64,000 nucleotides of DNA, taken from the IMG/VR virus record IMGVR_UViG_3300020048_000100; one strand, 5' to 3'. Source of the stretch: an uncultured virus (IMG/VR IMGVR_UViG_3300020048_000100). Its lineage: Duplodnaviria > Heunggongvirae > Uroviricota > Caudoviricetes. The first letter of the stretch is position 1; each line of letters opens with the position of its first letter. Below are positions 52,174 through 64,000 of this stretch, in pieces. The notes under the pieces are model-generated. The model worked only from the letters and a program-made list of their open reading frames with translations, searched no databases and was not told where the DNA came from. A program made the position numbers and the translations under genes.

Positions 52174-54048
52174 TTAAAGTTCTATTGTATAATCATCAAA
52201 ATTTGGATTAAAAATATTTGTTGTTTCATTTTGGCAATACAATGTATTTAGTAAATTAAATTCGTTATAAAGTGAACTTGGAATTCTTAAATCTCCATTA
52301 TTATTTGTATCACTATTCCAATTTTCTATAAATAAAGGCTAAGGTCCACCAATAAAATATATTCTAAAATTTACATATCCTGATGTTTGGTTAGACTATG
52401 CATACGTATTTCCTTCTTCTATTTGATTTATTCCAAACTATCCAAGACGCAATTTAAATTTATACATACACTTTATTCCTTCAATTAAAGAATAATAATA
52501 TGGTTTACATATTTTATAGTTTATTAATTTATTTGTTCCTATACCTATTCCATCCTAACCTTTATATTGCCCTAAATTTGAATTTGTAAATCTTAGTGTT
52601 TTATATGTCACAATAGGAAAAATAATATAACTATTTGCTTTACCATAAATCTATTTCAATTCTTCTGGAAGTAACTGATAATAAGCATTAAACCAATTTT
52701 CAAAATTAAAATCATATTCATACATTTGACTAACCCAACCAAGATTTATATCTGTAAACTATAATTTGAAAAATCCATTAAATAATTTACCAGATATTAA
52801 ATCTACATATTCTTTATTGGCAAAATCTTTTTCTCCTTCTGATGTAAATCGTGGAAGATTTTTTAAAAATATTTGCCCATTATATTCAACATAATTTGAA
52901 TCTTCTAAATTTTTTGTTTTAAACAAATAATTTGTATGATTATAATTATAAATATCTTGCTATTTTTTATCAACATCATATTTTGTCTACTATCTATTTT
53001 CCTCTGCCATTGTTAAAGCATCAAGATTAACATATTGTTTTTTATTTATTATTAAATTATTACTTAAAATTCCACCTGTTCTATTTATATATAGTGAATC
53101 ATGATTGTGAGATTTTATTTTGTTATCCCAAGTTTCTTTATTTATCTATATTTTTTTATCAGATGAATCCCAATCTATCTGATAATTTAAATTTAACATT
53201 GAATCATTTATAAATTGTCCACCAGTTTTTTTCAAATATACATCGTCATGATTATGCTAACCTATTGTAACGTTAAAATTATGTGATAGATAATCTATAT
53301 AACCTTTAGTAACCTAATGTTTATTATTTGTTATACTATTTTTTATTATTAATTCGCCACTCACATAACTACCAGTTGTACTTATAAATTTATCTTTATA
53401 ATTCTACGGAGAATAAATAAAAGGAACTAATTGATTATTTTTATCAATACAATAAAACTACCACCCTTTATTACCATATTTCCAAACAAACTTTGGTGTA
53501 TTTGTATTATTTTGTATTTCAAACCCAATTTCTGAATTATCATTTTTTGCATTTATATTCAAAAAATCATTTAATATTTTTATATTATTTACTAATATAC
53601 TATTCTACTTTAACTATTTAGTGTTTAATGATTTTAAGAATCGAGTTCTAATTTTACTTTCTATCTATTTTGTAAAATCATTAACTCCTCTCTATACTAA
53701 TGTATATAATGTTGTATTCTAATTAATGTGTGTATTTCCAGTTATTAAAATATTATTTGAAGTAATAGACAAGACTCCAGGCACAGTTAAACTTTCATAT
53801 GTTATAAAATTTTTGTTTTTCCATTTCTAACAATCAAAATTAAAAAATCTTAATGCTAAATAATTACTAAATTCTGGGGTTTCATATTCTTTAATAATTT
53901 TGAAAAATATAGGCATACTACATCTATATAACAAGTAATCGTCTGAATTATATTGAATATTTATGTTTGATGCAATATTTGGAATAAATTTATGCTAAGT
54001 ATCTTCAATATTTATAAATGAACTAAATAAGTATGTATTTTTCTACAT
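52174..54048 (-). CDS. Tail-fibre-like protein A
   Basis: H*VTKGYID, HNHDDVY, KKTGG, **TKYDV, FANKEYVD; C-terminal F*IYFIGGP; ends TAA. Confidence 0.7.
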
Positions 54049-54087
54049 TATTAATCACAAACCTTTAAAAACATGATGTGTAAAATA

Positions 54088-54354
54088 TCAACCTAAAACT
54101 AACTACATTTTTATAATTTCTTTTTTTGTTTTTTGCTAACTCCATGTATTTGCTGTAGTTGTTTTTGAATCACTGCTTTCAGAATATTTCACCAACAACT
54201 CTTGAGAATTTTTTTTGACATACAATTCGTTTGATGTATCATCAAATACTATTTCTCTTTCGCGAACATCTGTTGGTAACAACTGCCTATCACTTATTTT
54301 TGTTCGTAATTTAATAACCTAATGATCATATATAAAACAAGGATTATTCTACAT
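54088..54354 (-). CDS. Small virion protein
   Basis: ATG TAG start; C-terminal KM*LVLG; ends TGA. Confidence 0.6.
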
Positions 54355-54380
54355 AATATTTTACCCCCCCAAAAAAAAAA

Positions 54381-54698
54381 TTATAGTTCGATATATGAAA
54401 TAGTAACTGTTATTCCAGGTTCATTAGCAATCTATACCAATTTATCACCCTGTGATAAAATTAGTTTTTCTTGCTAAAAAGGTAATGTATCTCCCTATGG
54501 AATTGGAAATTCTTTTATTAAAACATTTGAATCATTCTAAATAGCTACGCCAGAAGGAACTGCATATAAACTAAACTTTTTTTCTATTGATAAATTAGTA
54601 TTACAAAAAAATAGAGAAACAGAAGAAACTTCTTTACCAGACTATATTGGTCCAAGTATTGTTGTAATACTTGTTTGAATTTGAGTATTTATTATCAT
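54381..54698 (-). CDS. Small conserved phage structural-region protein
   Basis: FCNT...LYAVP...IP*GDT...EKLILSQGDKL...TISYIEL; ends TAA. Confidence 0.7.
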
Positions 54699-54723
54699 AT
54701 CAAAAATTACCCCCTTAATTTTT

Positions 54724-55914
54724 TAATTCAATAAAATATGTCTATCCATCATATATAATTTTTAAAATATTTACAGCATTCTAAGATATATCAAAAGTAT
54801 TTTCTGTATTATTTAACCATTTTATATTACTATCTTTTAATGTTATAGTATAGTTACCAATATTATTTTGTATTAAAAACAAAGTCTATTCAAATCCATA
54901 ATTTATATCAGGGCAAATAAAATATAAATCAAGATTTTCATTAATAATTAGTTTTTGTATATTACCATTAGCCCAATCTATAAAAACAGAACTCATATCC
55001 ATTTCATTTTCTACTACCTTATATCCAAATATATTTTCAACTTTTGATGGTGTATCTGTTTTCATAATTTTATTTGATTTTTTTTCATATGTTAAATCAT
55101 GGTTATGAATTGGTGTTGATAATCTATTAACATAGAAATATAAAATATCAGATATATTTAAATATTGCAAATAGTCATAATCATTATTATAATAGTTACA
55201 GTTTAGAGTTATATCATCAAAATTTATTGTTTCATTCTAATTTATCGTAATATTAGTTTCTTTTTTAATAATTCCAATCAATTCAAGCAAAGATAAATCT
55301 ATATTTTCATCATCTGTAGATTGGATAATATTTAATATATTATTTATTTCTGATTCAATACTATTTTCTGACAATTCAATTTCATAAATTGAATATTCTT
55401 TATTTCCAATATGTTTTAAAAAATATAAACTATTCTATGCTTTGTTTGTATAACTTGATGAAATTGTAAATATTAAATTTTCTATAACAGATTGTTTTGA
55501 TAAAAATCCAGTTATTCTGTATAAACTTGTTTCAACATCTTCTATTATTTCTACAAATTCACATGGCTAAGTAAATGTCTAATTATTATTATTTTTTGAT
55601 AACATAAAATAAGTTTCATTTCTTGATATATTATACAACTCTATAATATTTTCAAACATTGAAAACATTGGCAAATTAAGTTTATTCCAAGAAATGTTAA
55701 TAATATAATACCCATTTTCTATTATATATGTAACCAAATCTGTTTTATATGGAGTTATTATTGAAAATTGCTAATTCTAAAAATATTTAATATTCGTAAC
55801 AAATTGTTTATGTTGTGATAAAATCTATAAATGAAACAAATCAGTAATACTTGAATTTAATAAACTTCTTGATAATTGACTTCCATTATTATATAGTTTA
55901 GGTATTGAACTCAT
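54724..55914 (-). CDS. Tail-associated protein
   Basis: HNHD motif; C-terminal IDWANGNIQKL...YDG domain like the 19539..20150 protein; ends TAA. Confidence 0.6.
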
Positions 55915-55915
55915 T

Positions 55916-58900
55916 TCAAAATTCCACCCCAATCCAAGAAAAAAAACTTTCGTAGTTATACTAACTTAATGAATTTTTTTCTTTTAATACATCCCTGAGA
56001 AAAATTGTATTATGCTATTGTGACTGGTATTGACTTTTCTAAAATACACTGCTCATTAAAACTAAATTTGAATAAATATTAGAACCATGCTCAATCAAAT
56101 TACCTTCCAAATCTTTAATTTTTATATCATTATAATTCCTTAATTGTATTTTATCGCCACCAATATTAACAGAAATTATATTATCCTAATATACTTTCTA
56201 TTCGTGAACATTTATAAATGCTATATTACATGATGTATTTGATATAAAATTCAATTTAATTTTTTCAATATCCAATAAATTAGTTATACTAAACAATTCA
56301 ATATAAATATTGTTTAATTCTCTATCCATCTTATAAATTAAATCATATTTACCTATAAAACTGGTTTCTAATATATATTCATATATTATAATATAATTTA
56401 ATTCACCAGCAGAATTAAATTTATGAAATAAATAAAATATTCTAATATTAGAATCTTTATTATATAAATTATATTTACTATATTTATCTATTAATCCACC
56501 ATCAATCAAAAATGAGTCTGAATTTAATGTATCTATATTATTTCTAAAATAATAATTATCTGAATTTCCATATATAAATGATTTTAAAGGATTAATAGTA
56601 ATGTCATTTGTTGAAATATATTTACTTAGTTCTTCTAAATCATTATCAAACTACTTCTAATCAAATACATTATAATAAGGTGAATTGAAATAAATATTTG
56701 AAATATATCTACCATCAACATGCATTAACTAACTGTTATAATCATCTATATTATTAAATCTTTTTCTATTTAGATAAGGTTCTAATTTATAATTAGCAAC
56801 TATGTGTTCTTGACTAATTTCAAATTGTGTAAATAAATTACAATTTATTCTATTGTATAATTCAGTTTTAATCAAATTATTTATATTTATGTTTTCAAAA
56901 TGTGAAAATACAGTATCGATTTTATATAAATTAGTATCCTAAATATCTCTAAATATAACTTTTTTTCTATTGTCATCTAATAATTGTATGGATAAATTAA
57001 AACTATCCTATACTTTTTGTATTTCCTAAGGATATATATATTTATCTAATTTCTAATAATATTCAAGCTACCATTCAGTTAAATAAAATTTATTTGGAGT
57101 ATATAACACCATAATCTGTTTCAAGTTCTATATTTTTAAAATTGGATTATATTTTGATTCAAGTAATACATTAAAATTATTTTTGCTTAATGCCTACATA
57201 TCAAAGTTAAAAATTATAGGTATTAATTGATTTGTAACTTGTGGTAAAGATATGATAAAATTTTCATTATAATATGTATCTAAATATAAATGCAATATTT
57301 TTTGCAAATTTATAAATTTAAAAAGATTTCCTGTAGATTGCTCAATATCATATATTTCTAAATGTGTAACATCCTATAAATTTTCTTTTAGAGTTACTTT
57401 TAAATGATAATCAATTTTATAATTTCTATATATACTATATTTATTAAATGTAGAAATAAGTTCATATTCCTAAAGTTGTATTTGCTTATATTTTGTAATA
57501 ATTGTACACGCTTTAGATGAATATAGAATACTAATATTTTTTATTATATAATTTTTAGAAACAATATCAATGAATCTTAGATAATATATTTTATTTAATA
57601 TATTGCATATATTTGGAAATTCTTTATTGAAAACTAAATTGAATATTGTAAAATTATTAAATGTTTTATTTTGAATCGTACACTATTTTTCCAATATATT
57701 TATGTTTTTATTTTTTATAGATTTAAAGCTAAAATTAAACTCCAATATTTTTCTATTTGCTAAAATAAAATTAATATTTATAAAATCAAAGTTATTTGTA
57801 TTTCTAATATTTTTAAATTGTACAAAATATGTATTAGATTTATTTATAATTCCATAATATAATATATTAAATATATCAATTACTGTAATATTTTTAATAA
57901 TTTTAGAACTAAAATTAAACTGTTTTTGTATATTTTTTATTAGTGTATAAGCAATACTACTTGATGCTGTTGATCCCTATGTTCCACCATTTATTTTAAC
58001 TGTTCCGTTCCCTGTTTTGTTAAGGTTCAACTAATATGAAATTGGAGTAAATTGAGCAGTATAAGTTGTCTACTACTATGGCATATTAAAAGTATAAGTC
58101 TAATTGCTTGATACTAATGTTCCACCATTGTACCAACCATTAAACAAATATCCAGAATTTGGTTCTGCATATATTGTAGTAGATGTTTCAACTTCAATCT
58201 AATAAGTTATTAAATAAGTGTACCAAGAATTATTATTTACTTTAACTCTTCCAGTATTTGGAATTCCAATACCAAGTGTTAAATCTCTTTTTTTTATAAA
58301 TTTTGCAGTATATGTTATCTATGACTAAGGCATATTAAATGTATAAGCCTAATCGTTTGATACTAACGTTTCACCATCGTACCAACCAATAAAAACATTT
58401 AATATACTAACAGGAGTTGGATTTGCTGTTATTGTAATTGAAGTATCAGAAACAAAACCACTGGATGCAGTCTAATCCTAAGTACCACCATTTATTTGAA
58501 CTGTTCCAACTCCAGTACCAGCAGTATTTAAATTTAGTTGATATATTTGTGCTTCAATTCCAAATGAACTTTGTGAACCCTAAGATACATAGTTCCAAGT
58601 TAACTAATCATTAACTAATTTTGGTATATAAGGTTCATAATATCCAGCAATACCCAACTGGTTAAAATTATTGTTTCCCCAAGCATATAACTAATTATTA
58701 TTTTCTAATATTGCTAAAGTGTGATACCCATTTTCCCCAAATCCAACACTCACTTGTTTCCAAATACTATTACCTATTAAAGTTGGGGAAGTTTTATTAA
58801 CTTTTGTTCCATCACCCAATTGACCAATACCGTTAAGTCCCCATGTATATAAATTTCCATTTATATCAAGTGCCTAACACATATACTTCTACATATTGCA

Positions 58901-59626
58901 TGATATCTATTTCCAATCAGATGTTCCAATTTGTGTTGGAGTATATCTATTATTAGTATCGCCAAGACCTAAAACACCATATTCATTATATCCCCAAGAA
59001 TATAATTTATTATTACTTGCTATTCCAAAAGAAGCATAATACCCCTAAGAAATATATTTCCAAGTTGAAACTCCTATTTTTGTCTATATTGTTACTGAAG
59101 TGGAAGTTGATCCTATACCAGCTTGCCCATAACAATTATTACCCCACTAATACAAATAATCGTTTTCGTCTATAGCTAATACAGCACTATCAAACGCACA
59201 TGATACAGTTTTCCAATTTGAAGAACCAATTTGAAATGGAGTATATGTTGAACCTATTGTTGGATGTGTATATATTATATAATTATTATACCCCCATGCA
59301 AATAATTTATTATATTCATCTATAGCAATACAACTTGGATAATTATAAGCACTTACACACTATACAACTTGCTTCCAATTAGATGTTCCAATTTGTGTTG
59401 GAGTATATCTATCAGTAGTATCTCCAAGACCTAAAACACCATATTCATTATATCCCCAAGAATATAATTTATTATTATTTTTTATTGCAAATCCAGAAAA
59501 TATCTAAATATTTACCTATTTTATATCAGTAAGACCAGATGCTGTTGGAATAGTTACAGTCTATGTATTTCCATTGCCCAACTACCCATATAAATTTCTA
59601 CCCCAAGAATAAAGATTATTCTACAT
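55916..59626 (-). CDS. RCC1-repeat plus InlB-B-repeat (Flg_new-like) protein (about 1236 aa)
   Basis: About seven LYSWGYN.YG.LG.G...TPTQIG...WK repeats; F.GWY.G...VS....YTFNMP.....Y.A.F units; ends TGA. Confidence 0.8.
58911..59477. repeat. Near-identical about 105-bp direct repeat pair (58911..59015 and 59373..59477)
   Basis: 4 mismatches; offset 462 nt. Confidence 0.85.
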
Positions 59627-59645
59627 AAACCCTCCGTAACTCTTT

Positions 59646-62048
59646 TTAGCAACTCAGAGAATTATATATTTCAAAACTTGCAAATGTTTCTGATATAATA
59701 TCTTCATCAAACTAAGATTCCTACTATTGATTATATTTCTATTTATAATTTAATAATATACACTGTGTATTATTAGACTAATTAAAAGTCTTTACAATTT
59801 TTATTCTGGAATATGTTGTATCAATTATTTGTGGAACTGGAAGAACTGTATCTTTAACTGTATATAATGGTAATATAGTATAATCATACTATATAATTTC
59901 TTCTTGTAATTTTATATTTATTGGATTCTACATTATAAAATTTTCAAACTCTAATGTTTCATTAAATATTTCATTAGTGCCACTTTTAATTATTTCCCCA
60001 ATCTGATTTTCAAATAAGAATAGATTTAAAGAATTTGATATAAAATATTCTTCGTTTGAATTTGTAGATATTGGTAGTAAATACTATGTCTTTATTTTTT
60101 TTGGCTTATTCTAAATAATTTGAAATTGCAATGGTAATATATCATTAGATTCCAAAGTATTTTCTATAATAACATCAAAAGATTCTAAAAACTTTTCCAT
60201 ATTAACATTTATAATGCCATTTACTTCTGATATTGCAGTTAATATATCTATTAAATTTATATTTTCATAAATATTAAATCTATTATTTTCTATTTTAGAA
60301 TACTGATCTAACTTATCTTTTAGATTATAAAATATTGAATTTATAGATATTTTAGAATCCTAAAATATTTCTATTGGATTTTTACTATATATATAATAAA
60401 TTTTATTACTCTAAAACTAAACATCCATTGTCTATATTATATTGTTTTTTAATTCTTGCTGAATATTATATTTTTCTTTTGTATAATTAAATTTAGATAA
60501 TATTATTGGGTCTTTGATTAACTCAGAAGATAATATTTTACTTCCTTTTGGCAAATAGAAATTTCTTAGATTATCATCTTTAAATAACTAAGGGCAAATA
60601 TATAATCTATTTTCTAACCCATTAACATATGATTTATTTTGTATGTATTTATAAGTTGAAGTCTAATTAAGAGAATCAGAAAATCCTCTGAGGAAATATT
60701 TTAAATAATTATTTATGTCATTTATTGTTACTATTTTATTTTTCTATTTAATATATGAATTAAAATTATGTTTTATAGACTCTATTTTTTCCTAATTTCT
60801 CCCAACAACTACATTTTCTTCTTGCTTAACTATAATACTTAATGGGCTATAGCCATAATACTGCATAGATTCATTTGTATTTTGTATATTTAATAAATCA
60901 AATAAATATATTTCTGTTTTTTGATTTTGTAATTCTTCCTATGTTAAATAGCTCTTTGTATTGAAATTGTATTTTATTTTTATTTTTTGAGGGATAAACA
61001 ATCCTTTTATATTGTAATCAGTATAATTATTAAAATCAACATAATTCAAATATATTTTATCATTTATTAAAATTTGAGATTCAAGACCAACATATCTGTT
61101 TACTTGCCCTAATATCTAATTCTAATTTTCACCTTTTGTTTGATAATACTATAAAAATAATGGTAAATCATTCTACTTTATTTTATAACCATTATTAATA
61201 TCATCACCATTTATTAACTCAAAAATATTTGTTATTTCATTATAACTAAGAGTTATATATTTATTTTTAATATAAGAATCATAATCTGATACATGATACT
61301 TACTATTCTAAATAGTTTCTACATTCTTAAATGTATCATATAAATACTCAGTAATATTTCTATTGTTAAACATATATTCAATTTTTGTTTTTGACATTAT
61401 TTTTAGATCTAAATAAAGTCTTTTGAAATCATCTATATAATGATCTTTGATTATATAACCTTCTGTTTCTGATAATATATTATTCCTTGATAGTTCTTCC
61501 AAATTTGGATTAAATGGTTTAATAACCAAATGCATTTGTATAAACTAAAATATATTACTTCCATTTGTGGATGCCATTCTGTATGAATAATATTCATTAT
61601 TTTTTCCAAATTTATCCATTGTTCTTGTAACAAGAATTGAATTTTTATTTAGCCAAATATTGTTATTCTAATCAATGACTCGTAATATCAGAGGTGGAAT
61701 TATAAAATTTTCTATTTCCAGCATATTTAATTGTATCATTGATTTTGAATCAAATTTTAAATTTAAATTAACTTGCGAAGGTATACCAAAATTCTTTTTA
61801 TATCCATATTGACTTAATAATAATTCTATTTTATCATTATTCTATGTTGCAATATAAAAATCTGAAACCTATTGCTCAAATTGATTTGATATTAATACAG
61901 TTATATAACTCTATATATCTGTTATTAAAGACTATGAATCCTATTGATTAAAATCAATATATTTATATTTATCATAATTAGATTTTAAATATTCAATAAT
62001 CTATTCTTTAAGAAAATATGGATTTACTAACTCATTAGGCTATGGCAT
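59646..62048 (-). CDS. Baseplate wedge subunit (T4 gp6-like)
   Basis: IDFN...FYIAT...LLSQYGY at the N-terminus; GRN*EKIESIKHN...IVTINDI; ends TAA. Confidence 0.75.
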
Positions 62049-62089
62049 ATTTTAACCCCCAAAAATACTGCAATTTATTTTTTACAAAT

Positions 62090-62100
62090 AACTTAATCAA
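62090..62100 (-). promoter_or_regulatory. Putative late-promoter motif heading the tail/baseplate operon
   Basis: TTGATTAAGTT 42 nt upstream of the baseplate gene start. Confidence 0.55.
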
Positions 62101-62127
62101 TTTTAATCTATTTTTTCCATTTAGGTC

Positions 62128-62156
62128 TTGACAAATTGATTTTTTTATGGTATAAT
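62128..62156 (+). promoter_or_regulatory. sigma70-type promoter
   Basis: TTGACA-17 nt-TATAAT, TG extension. Confidence 0.85.
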
Positions 62157-62198
62157 TTAAAACTTGAAAAAAGGAACATAAAAAAGGAGATATCAAAA

Positions 62199-62420
62199 AT
62201 GATTAAAAACTTTAAATTTAGAAATACAAGAATGTATACATTTTTCTTATGTCTTAAATTCAATATAAGAATGAAAATTGGTGAATGTTTATAGATAATT
62301 AAGAAAACTGGTAATTATAAATATGATTTTGATAAAAATGAATGGATAAAAATTAAAAATAATGAAAATTATAATTTTAATGATTCTAAAAATAAAAATC
62401 TTTTAATTAGAAAAAAATAA
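62199..62420 (+). CDS. Hypothetical protein, paralogue of the next gene
   Basis: RBS aggag; one TAG; GNYKYDFDKNEWIK; ends TAA. Confidence 0.65.
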
Positions 62421-62436
62421 AAAGAGGTGCATTAAC

Positions 62437-62721
62437 ATGTTTAAAAATGAAACAATCGCTAAAACATATTTGTATCTACATAATAGATATGGTGATACTA
62501 AATTATATCAATTTTTTATTGGTATATATTTTAAGATAATACATAAAATAGCATTTATTAAATCTCTTAATAAAAAAAGAGGTAATTATAAATATGATTT
62601 TGATAAAAAAGAATGGATTAAAAAAGAAATTTTTTTTAATTTAAATGATTTCAAAAATACAAATAATACAGATTTTGATGAAAAAGTAAATAAAACAAAA
62701 CGTTGTTTACCAATCAAATAA
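62437..62721 (+). CDS. Hypothetical protein (TAG-free)
   Basis: RBS gaggtg; GNYKYDFDKKEWIK; ends TAA. Confidence 0.75.
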   Translation: MFKNETIAKTYLYLHNRYGDTKLYQFFIGIYFKIIHKIAFIKSLNKKRGNYKYDFDKKEWIKKEIFFNLNDFKNTNNTDFDEKVNKTKRCLPIK

Positions 62722-62788
62722 TTTGAATTAATTTGATTAAATTAAATATAAATTTTACATTTAAAAACTAAAATGGGGGGAACTAATT

Positions 62789-63241
62789 ATGGAATCTACT
62801 TTTAATTCAAAAGATGTATTTATTAATAAACTGTTTAATTTTCTTAAAAATAGTACATTTATAAATGATTTTAATTTTGAGAATGATGAAATAAACACTA
62901 TTGATCAATTTGAAAATAGATTTGGGCATAATGTAAATGAAGATGCAAAATTTACTACAATGACAATAACATTAGATACTGGTATTAATTTTGTATTTTA
63001 TAATACACCAGAAACAGATAAATTTAAAGTTGGTGTTTATAGTTATGATTTTCTTTCTAAAAGAAGATATAAACTATTTTATTCTGATACACCAATTACA
63101 AGTGAAGAGTTTAATAAAATACTTATTTTGCTAAAAGATAGGCATTTCAGTGTTGACAATCCAATTAAATCATTGGAAGATTAGTTGTATTTAACATCAG
63201 ATGATGAAACTCCATTGAATGAAATTGAAGAAATAATTTAA
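62789..63241 (+). CDS. Hypothetical protein
   Basis: Track ORF extended through one TAG to TAA. Confidence 0.7.
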
Positions 63242-63264
63242 TTAAATAGAAAGAAGGTTAATTT

Positions 63265-63411
63265 GTGCAAGTAATAGGTGCATTTGTATCTATTTTATTT
63301 ATCTGGTTATTTTTTAATTTTTTAATTTATAAGATTAAAGAGTTGAAGCAACTAAAAGAGGAAAAAGAAAAAATAATTATCCAAAATTTTGTTAACAAAT
63401 ATAAAAAATAA
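63265..63411 (+). CDS. Small membrane protein
   Basis: GTG start, RBS gaagg, hydrophobic N-terminus; ends TAA. Confidence 0.55.
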   Translation: MQVIGAFVSILFIWLFFNFLIYKIKELKQLKEEKEKIIIQNFVNKYKK

Positions 63412-63433
63412 ACCCCCAATAACTGGGGGTTTA
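63410..63433. terminator. Bidirectional terminator
   Basis: aaacccca-ataac-tggggttt-type hairpin between convergent genes. Confidence 0.65.
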
Positions 63434-63440
63434 AATTTAA

Positions 63441-63878
63441 TTATTTATAATCATCTGTAAACATTGTATCTCCATCGGGAAACAGTTTACACTACCAAGT
63501 AATCTTCTTACCATTTTCATCTATTTTTTCATATCCCTAAATAGGATATCTGATATTCATATTACCCTATTGACCAGAAACAGAATCAAAATTTTTAATA
63601 TTTCTATAAAAATATACAATTTCATTTACATTTGCAAATTTAGTATCAAATGAAACAACTTTTCCTGAGTTATGAACTACCTAAAATCCAATTAGTTTTT
63701 TAATTTCTATATTTTTTATAGTTCTTTTAGTTATATTTCCATTTTGTGAATAAAATTGTGGAATAATTTCATAATCTGTATCATTGTTTTTACTATAAAC
63801 CTCAAGCCAACACCATTCGGTATCCAAAAATTTTGGCTATCCAATATAGTTTTCTTGATTAGAATAATCAATATTCAT
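63441..63878 (-). CDS. Hypothetical protein
   Basis: Open with TAG read-through; RBS gaggatg; late motif at 63915; ends TAA. Confidence 0.7.
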
Positions 63879-64000
63879 TTTGAATCATCCTCTCTTTTTT
63901 TGAAATTTATAAATAACTTAATCAAAAAAATCTTAAAAAAATAAAAAAAAAGACTCCTATTTTTTAGGAGTCTAAATCGTCTAATTGCAATAATATAATA

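Noticed and set aside
58911..59477. Diversity-generating retroelement template/variable repeat pair
   Set aside because: Both copies lie within one CDS, the mismatched adenines are not all in one copy, and no reverse transcriptase is seen in the window

Overview
This is an extremely AT-rich (about 20-25% GC by eye), gene-dense segment of a large tailed phage with a contractile tail. The supplied standard-code ORF track is fragmented because TAG is a sense codon here. With TAG read through, the window tiles into about 55 CDSs, and every gene end I traced is TAA or TGA. At conserved positions TAG overwhelmingly stands for ALANINE rather than the Gln known from code-15 phages. Examples: DnaK IPN*EG, NEPT*A*LAYG, EA*EKAK and GA*IQ*AI; RecA GGR*LKFY; nuclease MKI*ILSDLH; PhoH GTGKTLL*L; sheath WE*M*GLNRG; and the tmRNA tag ...QPV*M*A-stop, which reads QPVAMAA. 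Bases 1-19.5 kb hold HU, tRNA-Ile(UAU), a NUDIX protein, a sigma-like protein, RecA, DnaK, tmRNA, a glutaredoxin, an SbcD-like nuclease, KTSC, PhoH, an F420-ligase-like protein, an RNA ligase and a DUF932-like protein. Bases 19.5-62 kb (minus strand) hold the tail tube, two sheaths, neck, RCC1/FN3 giants, tail fibres and baseplate. Most genes directly behind repeated sigma70-type promoters are TAG-free, while genes behind a second motif (TTGATTAA[G/A]TT) contain TAG, which suggests a timed code switch. DnaK, the tmRNA and the FN3 repeats resemble Thermotogota sequences as I recall them, pointing to the host. I found no suppressor tRNA or release factor in this window. Long CDS boundaries come from manual frame tracing with spot checks, not exhaustive translation. 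An asterisk in peptides marks an in-frame TAG.
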